A DNA stretch of 64,000 nt from a bacterium (GTDB lineage Bacteria; Cyanobacteriota; Sericytochromatia; S15B-MN24; UBA4093). Numbering within the stretch: the first letter of the stretch is position 1; every line of letters starts with the position of its first letter. Below are positions 34,951-44,716 of the stretch, one piece after another. The stretch covers positions 771,694 to 835,693 of the forward strand of contig JAGIBK010000001.1 in NCBI GenBank assembly GCA_017744355.1, in the 5' to 3' direction. A program made the translations under genes and the position numbers. Under the pieces are notes generated by a model. The model ran no database searches and was not told the DNA's origin. It worked only from the letters and a program-made list of their open reading frames with translations.

Positions 34951-37569
34951 TCAGGCCTCCTTTCGCCCGAGTCGAGCGCCGGCCCGGCAAACCACCCCGT
35001 GCTCGCAGTACTCGCAAGCTGCCCGCTTGAGGTCAGGCGCAACGGGGAAGTGCCCTTCTTCCAGGTGGGCCTTCAACCGGCTCAAGAGCAGTTCCAGGGC
35101 CGGCTCGTCAACCTCGGCCCTGTGTCGCTTGGGCTTCGAGAGGGTGTAGTACGAGGCCTCCCGCACCGCCACGCCGGGGTACAGGGCCGGCGCCGCCGCC
35201 TCGATGTAGATGGGAAGTTGCAGGTCGATGGTGTTCTTGCGCGAGGCGTCCTGGGCCTTGCCGTAGATTGCGCTGCCGGCCTTGTAGTCGAGGATGACCA
35301 GCTCGCCACCAACGCGATCGATGCGGTCCACCTGCCCCTGGACCTTGAACCCCCTCCATTCCCCCTTGAAGTGGCCCTCGGTGGCGGCGATTTCGCCCCC
35401 CGCGTCGAGGAACCCCTCGTGCAGGACGGCGCGGCGCAGCACCGTCAGGTGCTCCTCCCGGCGGGCATCCCAGCCGGGAAGGTCGGACAGACGATATCCC
35501 AGCTCCGGAACGAGCTCGCCTTCGGCCTCCAGCATAGAGGCCTCGAGACGATCGAGCACGGATTGGCGCGGGTCGGTCGCTCCGATGGCCGCACGGCAGG
35601 CCAGCTCGAGGGTCTTGTGGTAGAGCAGCCCCCGGACCTGAGGCTCGATGCCCTCGATCGCCTCGTCAGGCTCCTTGATCCGCAGGACCTTTTGGGCATA
35701 CCAGCGGAAGGGACACTGCCCGAGGGATGAGAGCTGGCTGGCGCTAAAGGTTCGCCGGCGCCAGTCCACCGGGATCCCGGAGGTGCCGTCGTGAGGGTTG
35801 GCCTCCCGGAGCGAACCCGGCGCCTCCCGGCGGCGCTCGATGGCGAGCGCCATCCTGGCCCTCGCCAGCACGGCGTCTTCGTCCGCGTAGTCGGACAGGA
35901 TCTTGATCCGGCGTCCCTCCTCGGGGCTCGCGACCGGAACCTCGGGAGTTTCGAGCTTGATGCCGAGCCATCCGAAGGCCGGGCTGGGCAGGCGAGCTTT
36001 GCCCGCCTGGAGGCGAGAGCAGGTGAACGTCAGCGTCTCGGAGGCCACGGTGAGCAGCGAGTCGAACGTGAGCCGCTCCCGTCGGGCGGCAGACGTTGCG
36101 GTCTCGAGCGGAAGGCCGGCTGTCTCGAGGCGCTGGCGGGTGATGAAGTCCAGCACGGGATCGTCGTTCAGGCGCGCGGGAAGCTCGTCTTCCGCCGTCC
36201 CGATTACGAAAAGGTGCTTCACTCGTGCGCCAAAGAGCGCCAGCGGAGTATGCAGGCCCACGCCCCCCCGGGCGGGATGGGCCGGGGTCGTCAGGATGCT
36301 CAGGGCCTCCCGGACCTCCTGGAGGAACTCCGCCCGCGAGCGAGAAGAGGTATCTCGTTCGCCCAGAAGATCCAACGCTCGCGTGAACCGGCCCACGGCG
36401 ATCGTCTCGGCCGCCCAGTGGCGCGCACGCCGGACGATGCCCAGGCGCTGCAGCAGAACGCGCAGACGCTGGGCCCATTCCAATCCCGTGGCCGCCTCAG
36501 GCCAGACCAGTTCCTGGGTTGGCACCCCCAGCGCGGCCCACTCGTCGGGCCCATGGGGATGACTGGCTCGGGCCTCGAGACGCTTCTCGCCGTTGAGCGC
36601 CCGGCACAGCGGATGGCCCAGCAGTCGAAACGTGGGTTCGAAGGGAAGGTTTGTCTCGATCACCTCGGTGAGCAGACCCAGCCAGTGCCCGAAGCGAGTT
36701 TCTGAGAGCGGAATCTGGTACTCGGCATGGACCGGCACCCCATGTTCGGCGGCGATTGCGAGCACCAACGGTCCGTGGGCTGCATCGTCGCGGGCCGCGA
36801 TCGCGACCTCGGCGGGCGATGTCCCACCTAGCAGGAGCTCCTTGACATGGGCCAGCACGGCTCGTACCTCGGCCACCTGGTCCGCTAACTGCCAACCCCG
36901 CATTGTCGAGGGGCGCTGCGGCGCTTCCAGGTCGGCACGTTGCACCCGCCAGCCGGCTTGCTCAAACCGCTCGGCAAGGGCCACGTTCTCGTGAACCGCG
37001 TCGTGCTCACCTCCCGGTAGGATCAGGGCCGAGCCGGGAGCCGCCAACGCCAGCAGGAACGCTTCCTCATCGCGCCCCAGGCGCGGGTAACCGGTCACCA
37101 GCACCGACTGCCGCTTCACGGAGCCTTGAATCGCCAGCCAGTAGGTCTCGGCAGGATCATGGAGCCTCAGCTCACGAAGGCGAGCGAGGTAACCCTGGAC
37201 GAACCGAGCGACCTGCTGAACCCGGGGATCGTCGAATGCTGCAAGTTGTTCGAGGTCCAGTCCGGCGCGCAGCACCTCGGCCACGACGGGGGCCAGGCGG
37301 CGTGCGGTGCCAGCCGGGTCCGGGAACCCATGGGCAAGTGCGAGGTCACGCAGAAGGTGTGGCGCCGTGAGGGCATCGATGGCCGTCCGACCAGCGCGGG
37401 CGAGCAGACCCTGCGCCAGGCGTTGGAGGCTGACGTGTGGCACTCCGAGGGCCCGTGCGGCACGAGGATTGGGGGTCACGACCAGGCGACCAGGCACCAG
37501 GGCGGTTGCCTGAGGGTGCGGCGCCGATGTGAGGTAGAGGGTGGGGTTCGCCTCCCGTTCAGCCGTCAT
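34951..37569 (-). CDS. AddB-like subunit: degenerate helicase-like N-terminus + RecB-family nuclease with Fe-S cysteines
   Basis: 872 aa and no Walker A. C-terminal ILDYKAGSA nuclease motif. Cys pattern CPFRW...CEYCEHGVVC typical of the AddB iron staple. Directly abuts the AddA-like gene. Confidence 0.7.
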   Translation of the reverse strand: MTAEREANPTLYLTSAPHPQATALVPGRLVVTPNPRAARALGVPHVSLQRLAQGLLARAGRTAIDALTAPHLLRDLALAHGFPDPAGTARRLAPVVAEVLRAGLDLEQLAAFDDPRVQQVARFVQGYLARLRELRLHDPAETYWLAIQGSVKRQSVLVTGYPRLGRDEEAFLLALAAPGSALILPGGEHDAVHENVALAERFEQAGWRVQRADLEAPQRPSTMRGWQLADQVAEVRAVLAHVKELLLGGTSPAEVAIAARDDAAHGPLVLAIAAEHGVPVHAEYQIPLSETRFGHWLGLLTEVIETNLPFEPTFRLLGHPLCRALNGEKRLEARASHPHGPDEWAALGVPTQELVWPEAATGLEWAQRLRVLLQRLGIVRRARHWAAETIAVGRFTRALDLLGERDTSSRSRAEFLQEVREALSILTTPAHPARGGVGLHTPLALFGARVKHLFVIGTAEDELPARLNDDPVLDFITRQRLETAGLPLETATSAARRERLTFDSLLTVASETLTFTCSRLQAGKARLPSPAFGWLGIKLETPEVPVASPEEGRRIKILSDYADEDAVLARARMALAIERRREAPGSLREANPHDGTSGIPVDWRRRTFSASQLSSLGQCPFRWYAQKVLRIKEPDEAIEGIEPQVRGLLYHKTLELACRAAIGATDPRQSVLDRLEASMLEAEGELVPELGYRLSDLPGWDARREEHLTVLRRAVLHEGFLDAGGEIAATEGHFKGEWRGFKVQGQVDRIDRVGGELVILDYKAGSAIYGKAQDASRKNTIDLQLPIYIEAAAPALYPGVAVREASYYTLSKPKRHRAEVDEPALELLLSRLKAHLEEGHFPVAPDLKRAACEYCEHGVVCRAGARLGRKEA

Positions 37570-38207
37570 GGGTGCACCGGACGCTTCTGCGATGGGACCA
37601 CCGCCACCAGCTCGGACGGGGCCGCCACATAGAAGAGGGCGATATCGAGGTCCTGGGCCTCGCCCCGGACCAGATCCAAGGCGCTTTCTGTCATTCGCTC
37701 ATTGGCATCTCGTGCCGAATCGATCACCAGCATCGCCAGCTGCGGGATTGAGGCAGGCGCACGATGGGCAATCTCTTGACCCAGGGCATGCAGCTTCCTG
37801 AGGTCCTTGAGCACTTCCCCCGGGGATAGGCGTCCTTTGTCGCGCTCAGAGGCCTTGCTCTCCAGGGCCAGTAGCATCTGGCGCAGGGTATTGTCGCGGT
37901 TCCGGCGCCGCCAGTCGGCTTCGATGCCCTCGGCGAAAATGACCACATCCGGGATGGGCTCGAACCCTCCGCGGTAGCCCTCGGCCTTTCGCCGGTCGAG
38001 TTGCCGGAACAGCGTCGTCTTGGGACGCGGAATCCAGATCTTGACGTTCATTCCCAGCTGCTCGAGGGGAACCTGACCGTGCACGCGCAGTGCGTGGTAA
38101 ACCATCGCTTGGTAGTGCTGCTCCGAGCCGAGGACTGCGCAGCATTCCGTCGCGATAACCGGGAGAGCACGCTTTAAGGCTGTTAGTGCGTCTTTGGGCG
38201 TCTTCAT
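37566..38207 (-). CDS. Small PD-(D/E)xK-like hypothetical protein (213 aa)
   Basis: Candidate restriction-endonuclease-fold core (EPIPDVVIF ... LALESK). First structural gene downstream of the WYL regulator. 4-bp overlap with the AddB-like start. Confidence 0.35.
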   Translation of the reverse strand: MKTPKDALTALKRALPVIATECCAVLGSEQHYQAMVYHALRVHGQVPLEQLGMNVKIWIPRPKTTLFRQLDRRKAEGYRGGFEPIPDVVIFAEGIEADWRRRNRDNTLRQMLLALESKASERDKGRLSPGEVLKDLRKLHALGQEIAHRAPASIPQLAMLVIDSARDANERMTESALDLVRGEAQDLDIALFYVAAPSELVAVVPSQKRPVHP

Positions 38208-38258
38208 TGCTGCGTCCTCGAGAAAGGCGTGGGGCGTCGAAGGTGACGAGCTTCTTTC

Positions 38259-39263
38259 TTAAGTAACCATCGATTGCTTCTTGAATGGGTCAGGCTGGTT
38301 GACCTCCGTCGGCGCGAGTTCCGAGGCCATTCGGGCGATGGTGGCCTGAACCTCGGCAACCACAAAGTCGGGCTCGACCACCCGGGCCTGACCGCCGTAG
38401 GACAGAATCCTGCGCACGGCCCGCAAAGGAATGCTCTCCTTGATGGCCACCAGACGGCTGCCGTCAGGCGTCTCCTCAAGGACTCGCAGGCGCTGGGGAA
38501 CCCTCTGGAACCCCGAGGCCATCGACGCCGAGAGCCAGATCTGAAACTCAAAGGCTGGGACCTGATCCAGCGAGACTGGGGTATCGAGCACCTCGACAGC
38601 CGGGCTGGTCTTGGTGGAGCAGAAGCGATCCAGGCGGAATTCCCGGTTCTTGTGCCACTCCGTGCTGCCCTCGGCCTCGGGGCAGTGCGCATGGAGGTAC
38701 AGAAAGCCGTCCTGCCAGGTTAGATAGGCCCGGTCCACCAGGTACCGCTTGGGTTCGCGGTTCAGTGGACGATAGGTCAGGCGCATCATGCGGCCGGTCT
38801 GAATGCCATGCTGAAGGCTGTCGAGGACCTGCGCGTCGTAGGCCGTGTTGCCCGTCCTCAGGAGGCGACCGGTGTAGGGATCAGACAGGCCTTCGCGAAC
38901 CGAGGCAGGCACTCGCTCGAATAGCGTGCGAAGGCGCTCCGCTTCCGGCAACTTGAGATCCTCGAATAGCGCCACGGCGGTCTGCAGGGCCGCCGCTTCC
39001 TCGTTGTTGGCGAACAGCTCCAGGTGCCCCATGTCCAGCTCATAGGCCTGCTTGGTCAGCTTGTCGCCGGGGCCTAGCGGACGAAAGCCAATGCCCAGCT
39101 TGCGCAACGCCTTGACGTCGGCCGAGATTGAGGCTTCCGAGAGCCCGGCATCCGTCTCGTAGTCCGAAGACAGTTCCAGTAGGCGGCTGAGAACCTCACC
39201 CCGAAACAAGGGGCCAGTAAGCAGCATCTTGAGGATGTTCCAGCGGCGTTCGAACGCGTCCAT
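38259..39263 (-). CDS. WYL-domain transcriptional regulator (wHTH + WYL; BrxR/CapW-like)
   Basis: N-terminal HTH (ERRWNILKMLLTG...VLSRLLELS). Central WYL-type motif (YLVDRAYLTWQDGFLYLHAHC). The ATG at 39263 has a GAAGGGGG RBS. The track ORF extends to a TTG at 39329. Confidence 0.7.
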   Translation of the reverse strand: MDAFERRWNILKMLLTGPLFRGEVLSRLLELSSDYETDAGLSEASISADVKALRKLGIGFRPLGPGDKLTKQAYELDMGHLELFANNEEAAALQTAVALFEDLKLPEAERLRTLFERVPASVREGLSDPYTGRLLRTGNTAYDAQVLDSLQHGIQTGRMMRLTYRPLNREPKRYLVDRAYLTWQDGFLYLHAHCPEAEGSTEWHKNREFRLDRFCSTKTSPAVEVLDTPVSLDQVPAFEFQIWLSASMASGFQRVPQRLRVLEETPDGSRLVAIKESIPLRAVRRILSYGGQARVVEPDFVVAEVQATIARMASELAPTEVNQPDPFKKQSMVT

Positions 39264-39398
39264 CGCGCCCCCCTTCGACGAATTTGCATGAATTAGCTTG
39301 CTTGACCCATTCGTACCCCAACCGATCAAAACTAACCCTCGTTCGCTACCAAAACATCATGGCAACCGGAGTAGATTCGGTTTCGAGCGGAGGAATCA

Positions 39399-40367
39399 AT
39401 GCTAGACGTGAAGGTCAAGTCGGACACGATCTGGGTCGGCGAGCACTTCTCGGTCGACTTTCAGCGGACCCTGCGCATTCCTGACGACGGGATCGTCTAT
39501 CCGCTACCGCCCGGCCTGAGTCGCTTTCCCGTGCGCAGGGTCGACGACTACCTCGACCGAGTGCCGCCTGCCTGGCGTGAGCACGGTGGCGTCTTCATTC
39601 CCATGTACCAGCGAGAGGCGCTCTGGCTCTGCTTCGGCGGCTCCTACTGGAAGCCCCACGCGGTTAAGATCGCCATCGGCAAGATCAACGTGGTGACCGG
39701 TAGGGGCTGGGCTCAGCCCCTCGAGGAATCCCCTCAGGATTACCTCGTCTGCCCGGATCAGCCCTGGCTCGATGGGATCAATGCCGGGGAGGGGATGATT
39801 CGCCAGTTCGTCGCCATGCCGCTCGGCCAGGGGTACACCGTCGAGGGACAGCTCACCGGCGCCGAGAAACATGGAGGCATCCAGCTCATCGCCTTCGCCC
39901 CGAAGCCGGGGCGTTTTCCCGACGAGCCGCCGCGGGTCGAGACCTGCGATTACCTGGTTTGCGAGAGCGCGGCCGCACCGAGCATGGGCCTAGCGGCCGG
40001 CGGCAAGATGACCCAGAAGATCTATGCGGACGAGTACGGTCTCGACACCTGGGACCAGGAGAACTACGGGCGGGTGTTCATCCACATCGTCGACAGCATG
40101 GTGTTCCGGGAGATCACAGGGGAAGAACCGCCTCCCACGCCCGTCACGGCGAAGACCTACGCCCAATATCACCTGCCCTGGTTCTCCCTCTATGACGAAC
40201 TGAAGCAGGACCTACCGCCCTCGGGCATCCTCAAGGGGGTGAAGTCTGTCAAACAGGTCGACGTCGAGAAGGGCCACCAACCGCAGCAAGACGACAGCTC
40301 GGTGCCGGTGGACAATATCGTCAAGCTAGGCAAGAAGCCAAACACGGTCCGGGACGGCGAGTGGTAG
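39399..40367 (+). CDS. Hypothetical protein (322 aa), divergent from the WYL regulator
   Basis: Long ORF. No domain recognised by eye. Confidence 0.35.
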   Translation: MLDVKVKSDTIWVGEHFSVDFQRTLRIPDDGIVYPLPPGLSRFPVRRVDDYLDRVPPAWREHGGVFIPMYQREALWLCFGGSYWKPHAVKIAIGKINVVTGRGWAQPLEESPQDYLVCPDQPWLDGINAGEGMIRQFVAMPLGQGYTVEGQLTGAEKHGGIQLIAFAPKPGRFPDEPPRVETCDYLVCESAAAPSMGLAAGGKMTQKIYADEYGLDTWDQENYGRVFIHIVDSMVFREITGEEPPPTPVTAKTYAQYHLPWFSLYDELKQDLPPSGILKGVKSVKQVDVEKGHQPQQDDSSVPVDNIVKLGKKPNTVRDGEW

Positions 40368-40438
40368 CCGTGCTGCCGCTGGGTGTCCCGATTGTCTTCC
40401 CGAGCCCTCAATTCAACTCACAAAGGAGTTCCCGCGCC

Positions 40439-40861
40439 ATGCGAAGTCCCATACTCCCGCTCCTCACGACCGCGATGCTGGTCTTGGGATCGACCGCTCT
40501 TTCTGGTTGTAACGCCCTCTCCGGAATCTCCTCGTTGCCCGGCGTATCCTCGGTCGTTCCGGCGCCCAGCATCGATGGCGACTGGCTGGTGGTGCGTCCC
40601 GGATTCTCGACCTTCAGCCTCTCGCTTTACGAGAAGGGCGGGAAGATCACGGGTTCGGCTGGGACCGAACCCTATACGAATCCGCTGGCCGGTACCCGGA
40701 CGGGGAACAAGGTCGAGTTCGTCATCACCTTCAAGGACAGCACGACCGTCACCTACAGCGGGGACCTCAGCTCCGACGGTTCCCAGATCACGGGCGTCAT
40801 CGGCTCGGGTAGCTCAGCAGCCGATACCTTCACCGCCAACAAAAAGTCCTCCTCGCGCTGA
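40439..40861 (+). CDS. Lipoprotein (about 140 aa)
   Basis: AAAGGAG RBS. MRSPILPLLTTAMLVLGSTALSGC forms a signal peptide with a lipobox Cys. S/T/G-rich body. Confidence 0.5.
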   Translation: MRSPILPLLTTAMLVLGSTALSGCNALSGISSLPGVSSVVPAPSIDGDWLVVRPGFSTFSLSLYEKGGKITGSAGTEPYTNPLAGTRTGNKVEFVITFKDSTTVTYSGDLSSDGSQITGVIGSGSSAADTFTANKKSSSR

Positions 40862-40887
40862 AGCACAGCTGCGGAAAGGCCCGGTGA

Positions 40888-41727
40888 TTGATGCGCGACG
40901 ACGAGGAATTGTCGATCGATCCTGGTGATGACGAGCAGGGGCAAGATCTGATCGCCGAGATCGAGGCCCTCTGGGAGCAGCTCCAAGACGGGCTGCCCCC
41001 AGAGGAGCGTACGAATTTCGAGGGGACCCCGCGTTCGGTGTTCGCAATCGGCACAGCTACTCAACTTCGGTTGTTCGTCGAACCCGACCTCCCCGCCGTG
41101 CCCGGCCTCGATGCGCACGAGTTGTTTGACGAAACGGTCCCCCTGGAGGCCAGCCTCCAGAAGCTTTGTCGCTGGATTGCTGCCCGCCGCGGCAAGCGAT
41201 GCACGGCCCGGCAGCGATCCCTTCTCCGGTGGCATCTCGAGACCCGGGCGGCGGCGATCCCCCTTCACCTGGTCTTCGAAGGGGAGCCATCCATGCAGGT
41301 CACCATCCTCAACCCCGCAGCGAGCCGGGACTGGGACGATGAGGTCCCGGTCCTCGACGGCTGGCATGAGGAGCAGTTTCTGCGCCGGTTCTCGGGGATC
41401 CGCGAGAAGACCCTCGACTACCTCCAAGATGCCGAGAGCAAGTACATGGTGTTGCTGGGCTTGGAGCCCTGGCACACGTTCTACGCGACCGAGGTCGACT
41501 TCCTGCACGAGGTCGCAAGCTACGAGCTCATCATCACGCTCGGCCGATCCGGCCTGGTGGAGCATGTGCAGGAGGCTTTTGCCTACCTCGTGGCGAGAGA
41601 CCGGGGGATCGATGCCGAAACCGCGGCGACCTTCCAGCGATTCAAGCTGCTCTACCTGTTCGCCAAGGGTCTGGCGACCGACGACGAGATCCCGTCGCTT
41701 GACGATGAAGACGAGGTCCTGTTCTGA
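40888..41727 (+). CDS. Hypothetical acidic cytoplasmic protein (279 aa)
   Basis: Long ORF, D/E-rich. No domain recognised. Confidence 0.35.
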   Translation: MMRDDEELSIDPGDDEQGQDLIAEIEALWEQLQDGLPPEERTNFEGTPRSVFAIGTATQLRLFVEPDLPAVPGLDAHELFDETVPLEASLQKLCRWIAARRGKRCTARQRSLLRWHLETRAAAIPLHLVFEGEPSMQVTILNPAASRDWDDEVPVLDGWHEEQFLRRFSGIREKTLDYLQDAESKYMVLLGLEPWHTFYATEVDFLHEVASYELIITLGRSGLVEHVQEAFAYLVARDRGIDAETAATFQRFKLLYLFAKGLATDDEIPSLDDEDEVLF

Positions 41728-41728
41728 G

Positions 41729-42238
41729 ATGGCGGAGATAGGGCTGCTCCTGTGCCTGGTCATGGCGGCGTTCTCGTTGGTGTTCTGGGTGACCGGCGCC
41801 GCGATCGCCTGGGTCGGCGAGTTGCTGGACTTGCTGATCAGTTGTGGCAAGAGGGCTGCGAAGCCGGACCGCGGGCGGCATCGTAGGCCGTTGATAACAC
41901 GCTACCCTGCGACAGCCCTGGGAACGAGACCTTACGACTACCTCCTGGTGGAAGCGGCTCGGCACTACTTCCGGAGGGTCAACGATCGTCACCAGGAGAT
42001 ATTGGCAGCGTTGCCGGCCCCTGACAGTGACAGGCGCCGTGCTCTGGACGATTTCGACTTGGCGCGGGCGCACGAGATGGCCACCCTTGGTTTCCTGGTC
42101 GGCAGGATTGTAGCCTCGAGGGAATCGGAAGATGAAGACACTTCGATGACGGCTACGATGACTGAAGGTCGCCGACGGCGACAGCTTGCCTGCCATGCCT
42201 ATCAGGGCTATCGTAATCATCGGCGTGCAGTTTTCTGA
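41729..42238 (+). CDS. Hypothetical membrane-anchored protein (169 aa)
   Basis: ATG 2 bp after the previous stop. N-terminal TM (IGLLLCLVMAAFSLVFWVTGAAIAWV). Confidence 0.35.
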   Translation: MAEIGLLLCLVMAAFSLVFWVTGAAIAWVGELLDLLISCGKRAAKPDRGRHRRPLITRYPATALGTRPYDYLLVEAARHYFRRVNDRHQEILAALPAPDSDRRRALDDFDLARAHEMATLGFLVGRIVASRESEDEDTSMTATMTEGRRRRQLACHAYQGYRNHRRAVF

Positions 42239-42253
42239 GCAAGGTAAGGTGCC

Positions 42254-44617
42254 ATGCGGTTACGCTCGTTCCCTCTTCCCGAATACGTCAAGGACCGGCA
42301 CGTCTGCTTCCGGGATCCTTGTCGTGATTTCCTGGTAATTGCCACTCCCGAGGAGCGCGTGAGGCAAAATGTACTCCGAACCTTGATGGAGGGCTACGGC
42401 TACCCACAGGAAGCACTTCGCACTGAACTGAAGATGGCTCGCGGCAAGGCCGACCCGCGTCGCTCGGATGTCGTCGCCATGGTCCCGGGGCCCGACTCCG
42501 AGCTTAATGTTCCCTTCCTCGTGGTTGAGTGCAAGCGTCCAGGAATCATGCTGGGCCAGGAGGTAATCGAACAGGGCAACTACTATGTGGGCAAGCTGGG
42601 AGCCTCTTTCCTGGTGCTTACAAATGGCCAGGAGTCCACGCCCTATGCAGTGACTCGCGAGGGGCTGCGAAAAGTTGCCGACATCCCCACCTTTGAACAG
42701 GCATGCAGCGGCACTGGCTGGGAGGCTCGCTACATGGTGGAGCCCAGCTATGTGCGGCCCAGCATGGGGCAATTACGGGACGACGAGTGGGTGGGCGAGG
42801 TCTTCGCGGACCACATCGGGGCCGATACCCCCCGCGAGCTTTGGGCGTCGATCGCCAACTTGACCTCCTTGTTCTACGTTGATGAGCCGCTCTTCACTTC
42901 ACCCATCGACGCTCCGGCCGGCTATAGATTGGTCGAGGATTGGGGAGCCCGGATGCATCGCTTTACAAATGCCGGCGGCGGAGATTGGCCCGGTTGGTAC
43001 CGTAGCCTGCTGGTGCGCGATCGCGAAGGTGGCGACCATCTTGTCAGGCTTGCCCTGATGGCCAGCGCAAAAACTGAACACGACCTTCACTGGGGGAACA
43101 TCGCGGGCCGCACCTACCTGCTGGTAGCCGTCAGCGACTTCTTCGCCACCCACAACGCCCTGCAACTCAACGTCAACACCCACTGGGAGCTAGATTCCGC
43201 ACAACGGGTGGTTCGGGTTTCGCACTCGGGGGCCATGAGTGGCCGCGGCTCCTACAAGCATGAGCGAGTCGTCTCATGGGTGGCACAACATGCCCCAGAA
43301 CTGGTCGAGCAAGACCTTGTGATGCTGGGTAGCTTCCCGGTCGAGCGGCTGCTGGAATGGCAGGACATCGAGCTGTTGGTTGCCAATCTATGTGTCTACG
43401 CTCTGTTGCGTGACGGGTTGCGGAGCGAGGAGAAGCCCGGTGCAAAGCGAGGGACTCCTTCCAAACCTGCGATTCGGGAAAGTCTGGCCGCTGCGATCGC
43501 CGATCCTACAAAGCGTGATCTCCCAAACCGCAGCGGACACACGCCCCTGATGCAAGCCGCCTTCCGGGGCTACGATGACCTCGTGGCCTGCGCGCTGGAC
43601 GCAGGGACGTGCCTCGATACGCAGGACCTCGCCGGAATGTCAGCCCTAATGCATGCCGCCAGCAAGGGACGGCTTGCGGCCGTCGAGCGACTGATGGCAG
43701 CCGGCGCTAACCCAGACCTGATCAGTAGGGATTCCCAGAGCGCCCTTCACCTGGCGATCGAGGGGGGATTCGGGGATGTCGTCAAGGCTCTGGTCGGCGC
43801 TGGTGCTTCCACGACGATCCGCGACGGCCAAGGAGTAGATGCCTTGCTGTCCGCCATCTACGCGGACCTCGAAACGATCGCATGCTGGCTTATCTCCCGG
43901 AGCGTGTGCCTGCAGACCCGCAGCGAGGGGGGGCAGAATCCGCTGCATGCCGCGGCCCAACAGGGCCACCTAGAGGTCGCCAGACTACTCGTGGCTGCTG
44001 GCCTGGAGGTCGATCCGCGCGATCGCGAGGGCTGGACACCGCTGATGTTCGCCGCACAGCAAGGACACTTCGAGGTGCTCCGTTTGCTTCTTGATGCCGG
44101 AGCCGACCCTCACGCCACCTGTTCGGACACCGAGGATCCGGTGGTGAATTTTGCCGCCGATGGCGACAGCCCCGCGGCGCTCGATCTGTTATTGGCCAGA
44201 GGTGCTGATCCCTTTCAACCGAACAAGGAGGGTCGAGCCGCCCTGGCAATCGCTGCCTCGGCTGGTCAGGTCCCGAATCTGGTGCGCCTCCTGGCTCTAT
44301 CCCATGATCTGGAAGTAAGGGGCGACGATGGCGCCACTCCCCTAATGCTGGCTACTGCCGGTGGGCACCTGGGCGCCGTGGAAGTCTTGATTCGGGCAGG
44401 CGCAGATCTCGAAGCTCACGACAACGAGGGACTGACCGCCCTCCACATAGCGGTCGCCTGCTGTCAACTCGATTCGTTCCGGTGCCTTCTGGCTCACGGG
44501 GCCAATGCCCATGCCCTCACCGCGGAAGGAAAGACTCCACTTGATCTCGCGCGGAACGCCGGTTGGCGGGAGTTCGAGCAGGTTCTGATATTGGAGGAAA
44601 GTCGGGGAGTGTGGTGA
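42254..44617 (+). CDS. HSDR_N-type PD-(D/E)xK nuclease domain fused to about 10 ankyrin repeats (787 aa)
   Basis: The N-terminal 140 aa match the type I R-subunit N-terminal nuclease domain pattern (RSDVVAM...FLVVECKRP...LVLTNG). The C-terminal 350 aa are tandem ANK repeats (GHTPLMQAA..., G.SALMHAASKG..., GQNPLHAAAQQGHLEVARLL...). Confidence 0.7.
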   Translation: MRLRSFPLPEYVKDRHVCFRDPCRDFLVIATPEERVRQNVLRTLMEGYGYPQEALRTELKMARGKADPRRSDVVAMVPGPDSELNVPFLVVECKRPGIMLGQEVIEQGNYYVGKLGASFLVLTNGQESTPYAVTREGLRKVADIPTFEQACSGTGWEARYMVEPSYVRPSMGQLRDDEWVGEVFADHIGADTPRELWASIANLTSLFYVDEPLFTSPIDAPAGYRLVEDWGARMHRFTNAGGGDWPGWYRSLLVRDREGGDHLVRLALMASAKTEHDLHWGNIAGRTYLLVAVSDFFATHNALQLNVNTHWELDSAQRVVRVSHSGAMSGRGSYKHERVVSWVAQHAPELVEQDLVMLGSFPVERLLEWQDIELLVANLCVYALLRDGLRSEEKPGAKRGTPSKPAIRESLAAAIADPTKRDLPNRSGHTPLMQAAFRGYDDLVACALDAGTCLDTQDLAGMSALMHAASKGRLAAVERLMAAGANPDLISRDSQSALHLAIEGGFGDVVKALVGAGASTTIRDGQGVDALLSAIYADLETIACWLISRSVCLQTRSEGGQNPLHAAAQQGHLEVARLLVAAGLEVDPRDREGWTPLMFAAQQGHFEVLRLLLDAGADPHATCSDTEDPVVNFAADGDSPAALDLLLARGADPFQPNKEGRAALAIAASAGQVPNLVRLLALSHDLEVRGDDGATPLMLATAGGHLGAVEVLIRAGADLEAHDNEGLTALHIAVACCQLDSFRCLLAHGANAHALTAEGKTPLDLARNAGWREFEQVLILEESRGVW

Positions 44618-44716
44618 AACGCCTAGCCAGACCGGCTATTCCAAGCAAACAGCGACTCATCAAGCCCTCACCCCGTAGGGCTATGAAGCTCGGGGAACAG
44701 AGCACGGACTCGATGC

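Noticed and set aside
31678-37569. Interpreting the AddAB-like pair as the housekeeping recombination-repair helicase-nuclease
   Set aside because: This is not rejected outright. It is disfavoured because the pair lies inside a unidirectional defence island under a WYL-type regulator, and it is translationally coupled to a PD-(D/E)xK gene, a DEDDh exonuclease and an ARH fusion. Both subunits are also shorter than canonical AddA/AddB. Genome-wide context is needed to settle this.
38259-39329. The track's 39329 (TTG) start for the WYL regulator
   Set aside because: The ATG at 39263 has a GAAGGGGG RBS and begins the HTH. The upstream 22 codons (MIGWGTNGSSKLIHANSSKGGA) are low-complexity and lack an RBS.
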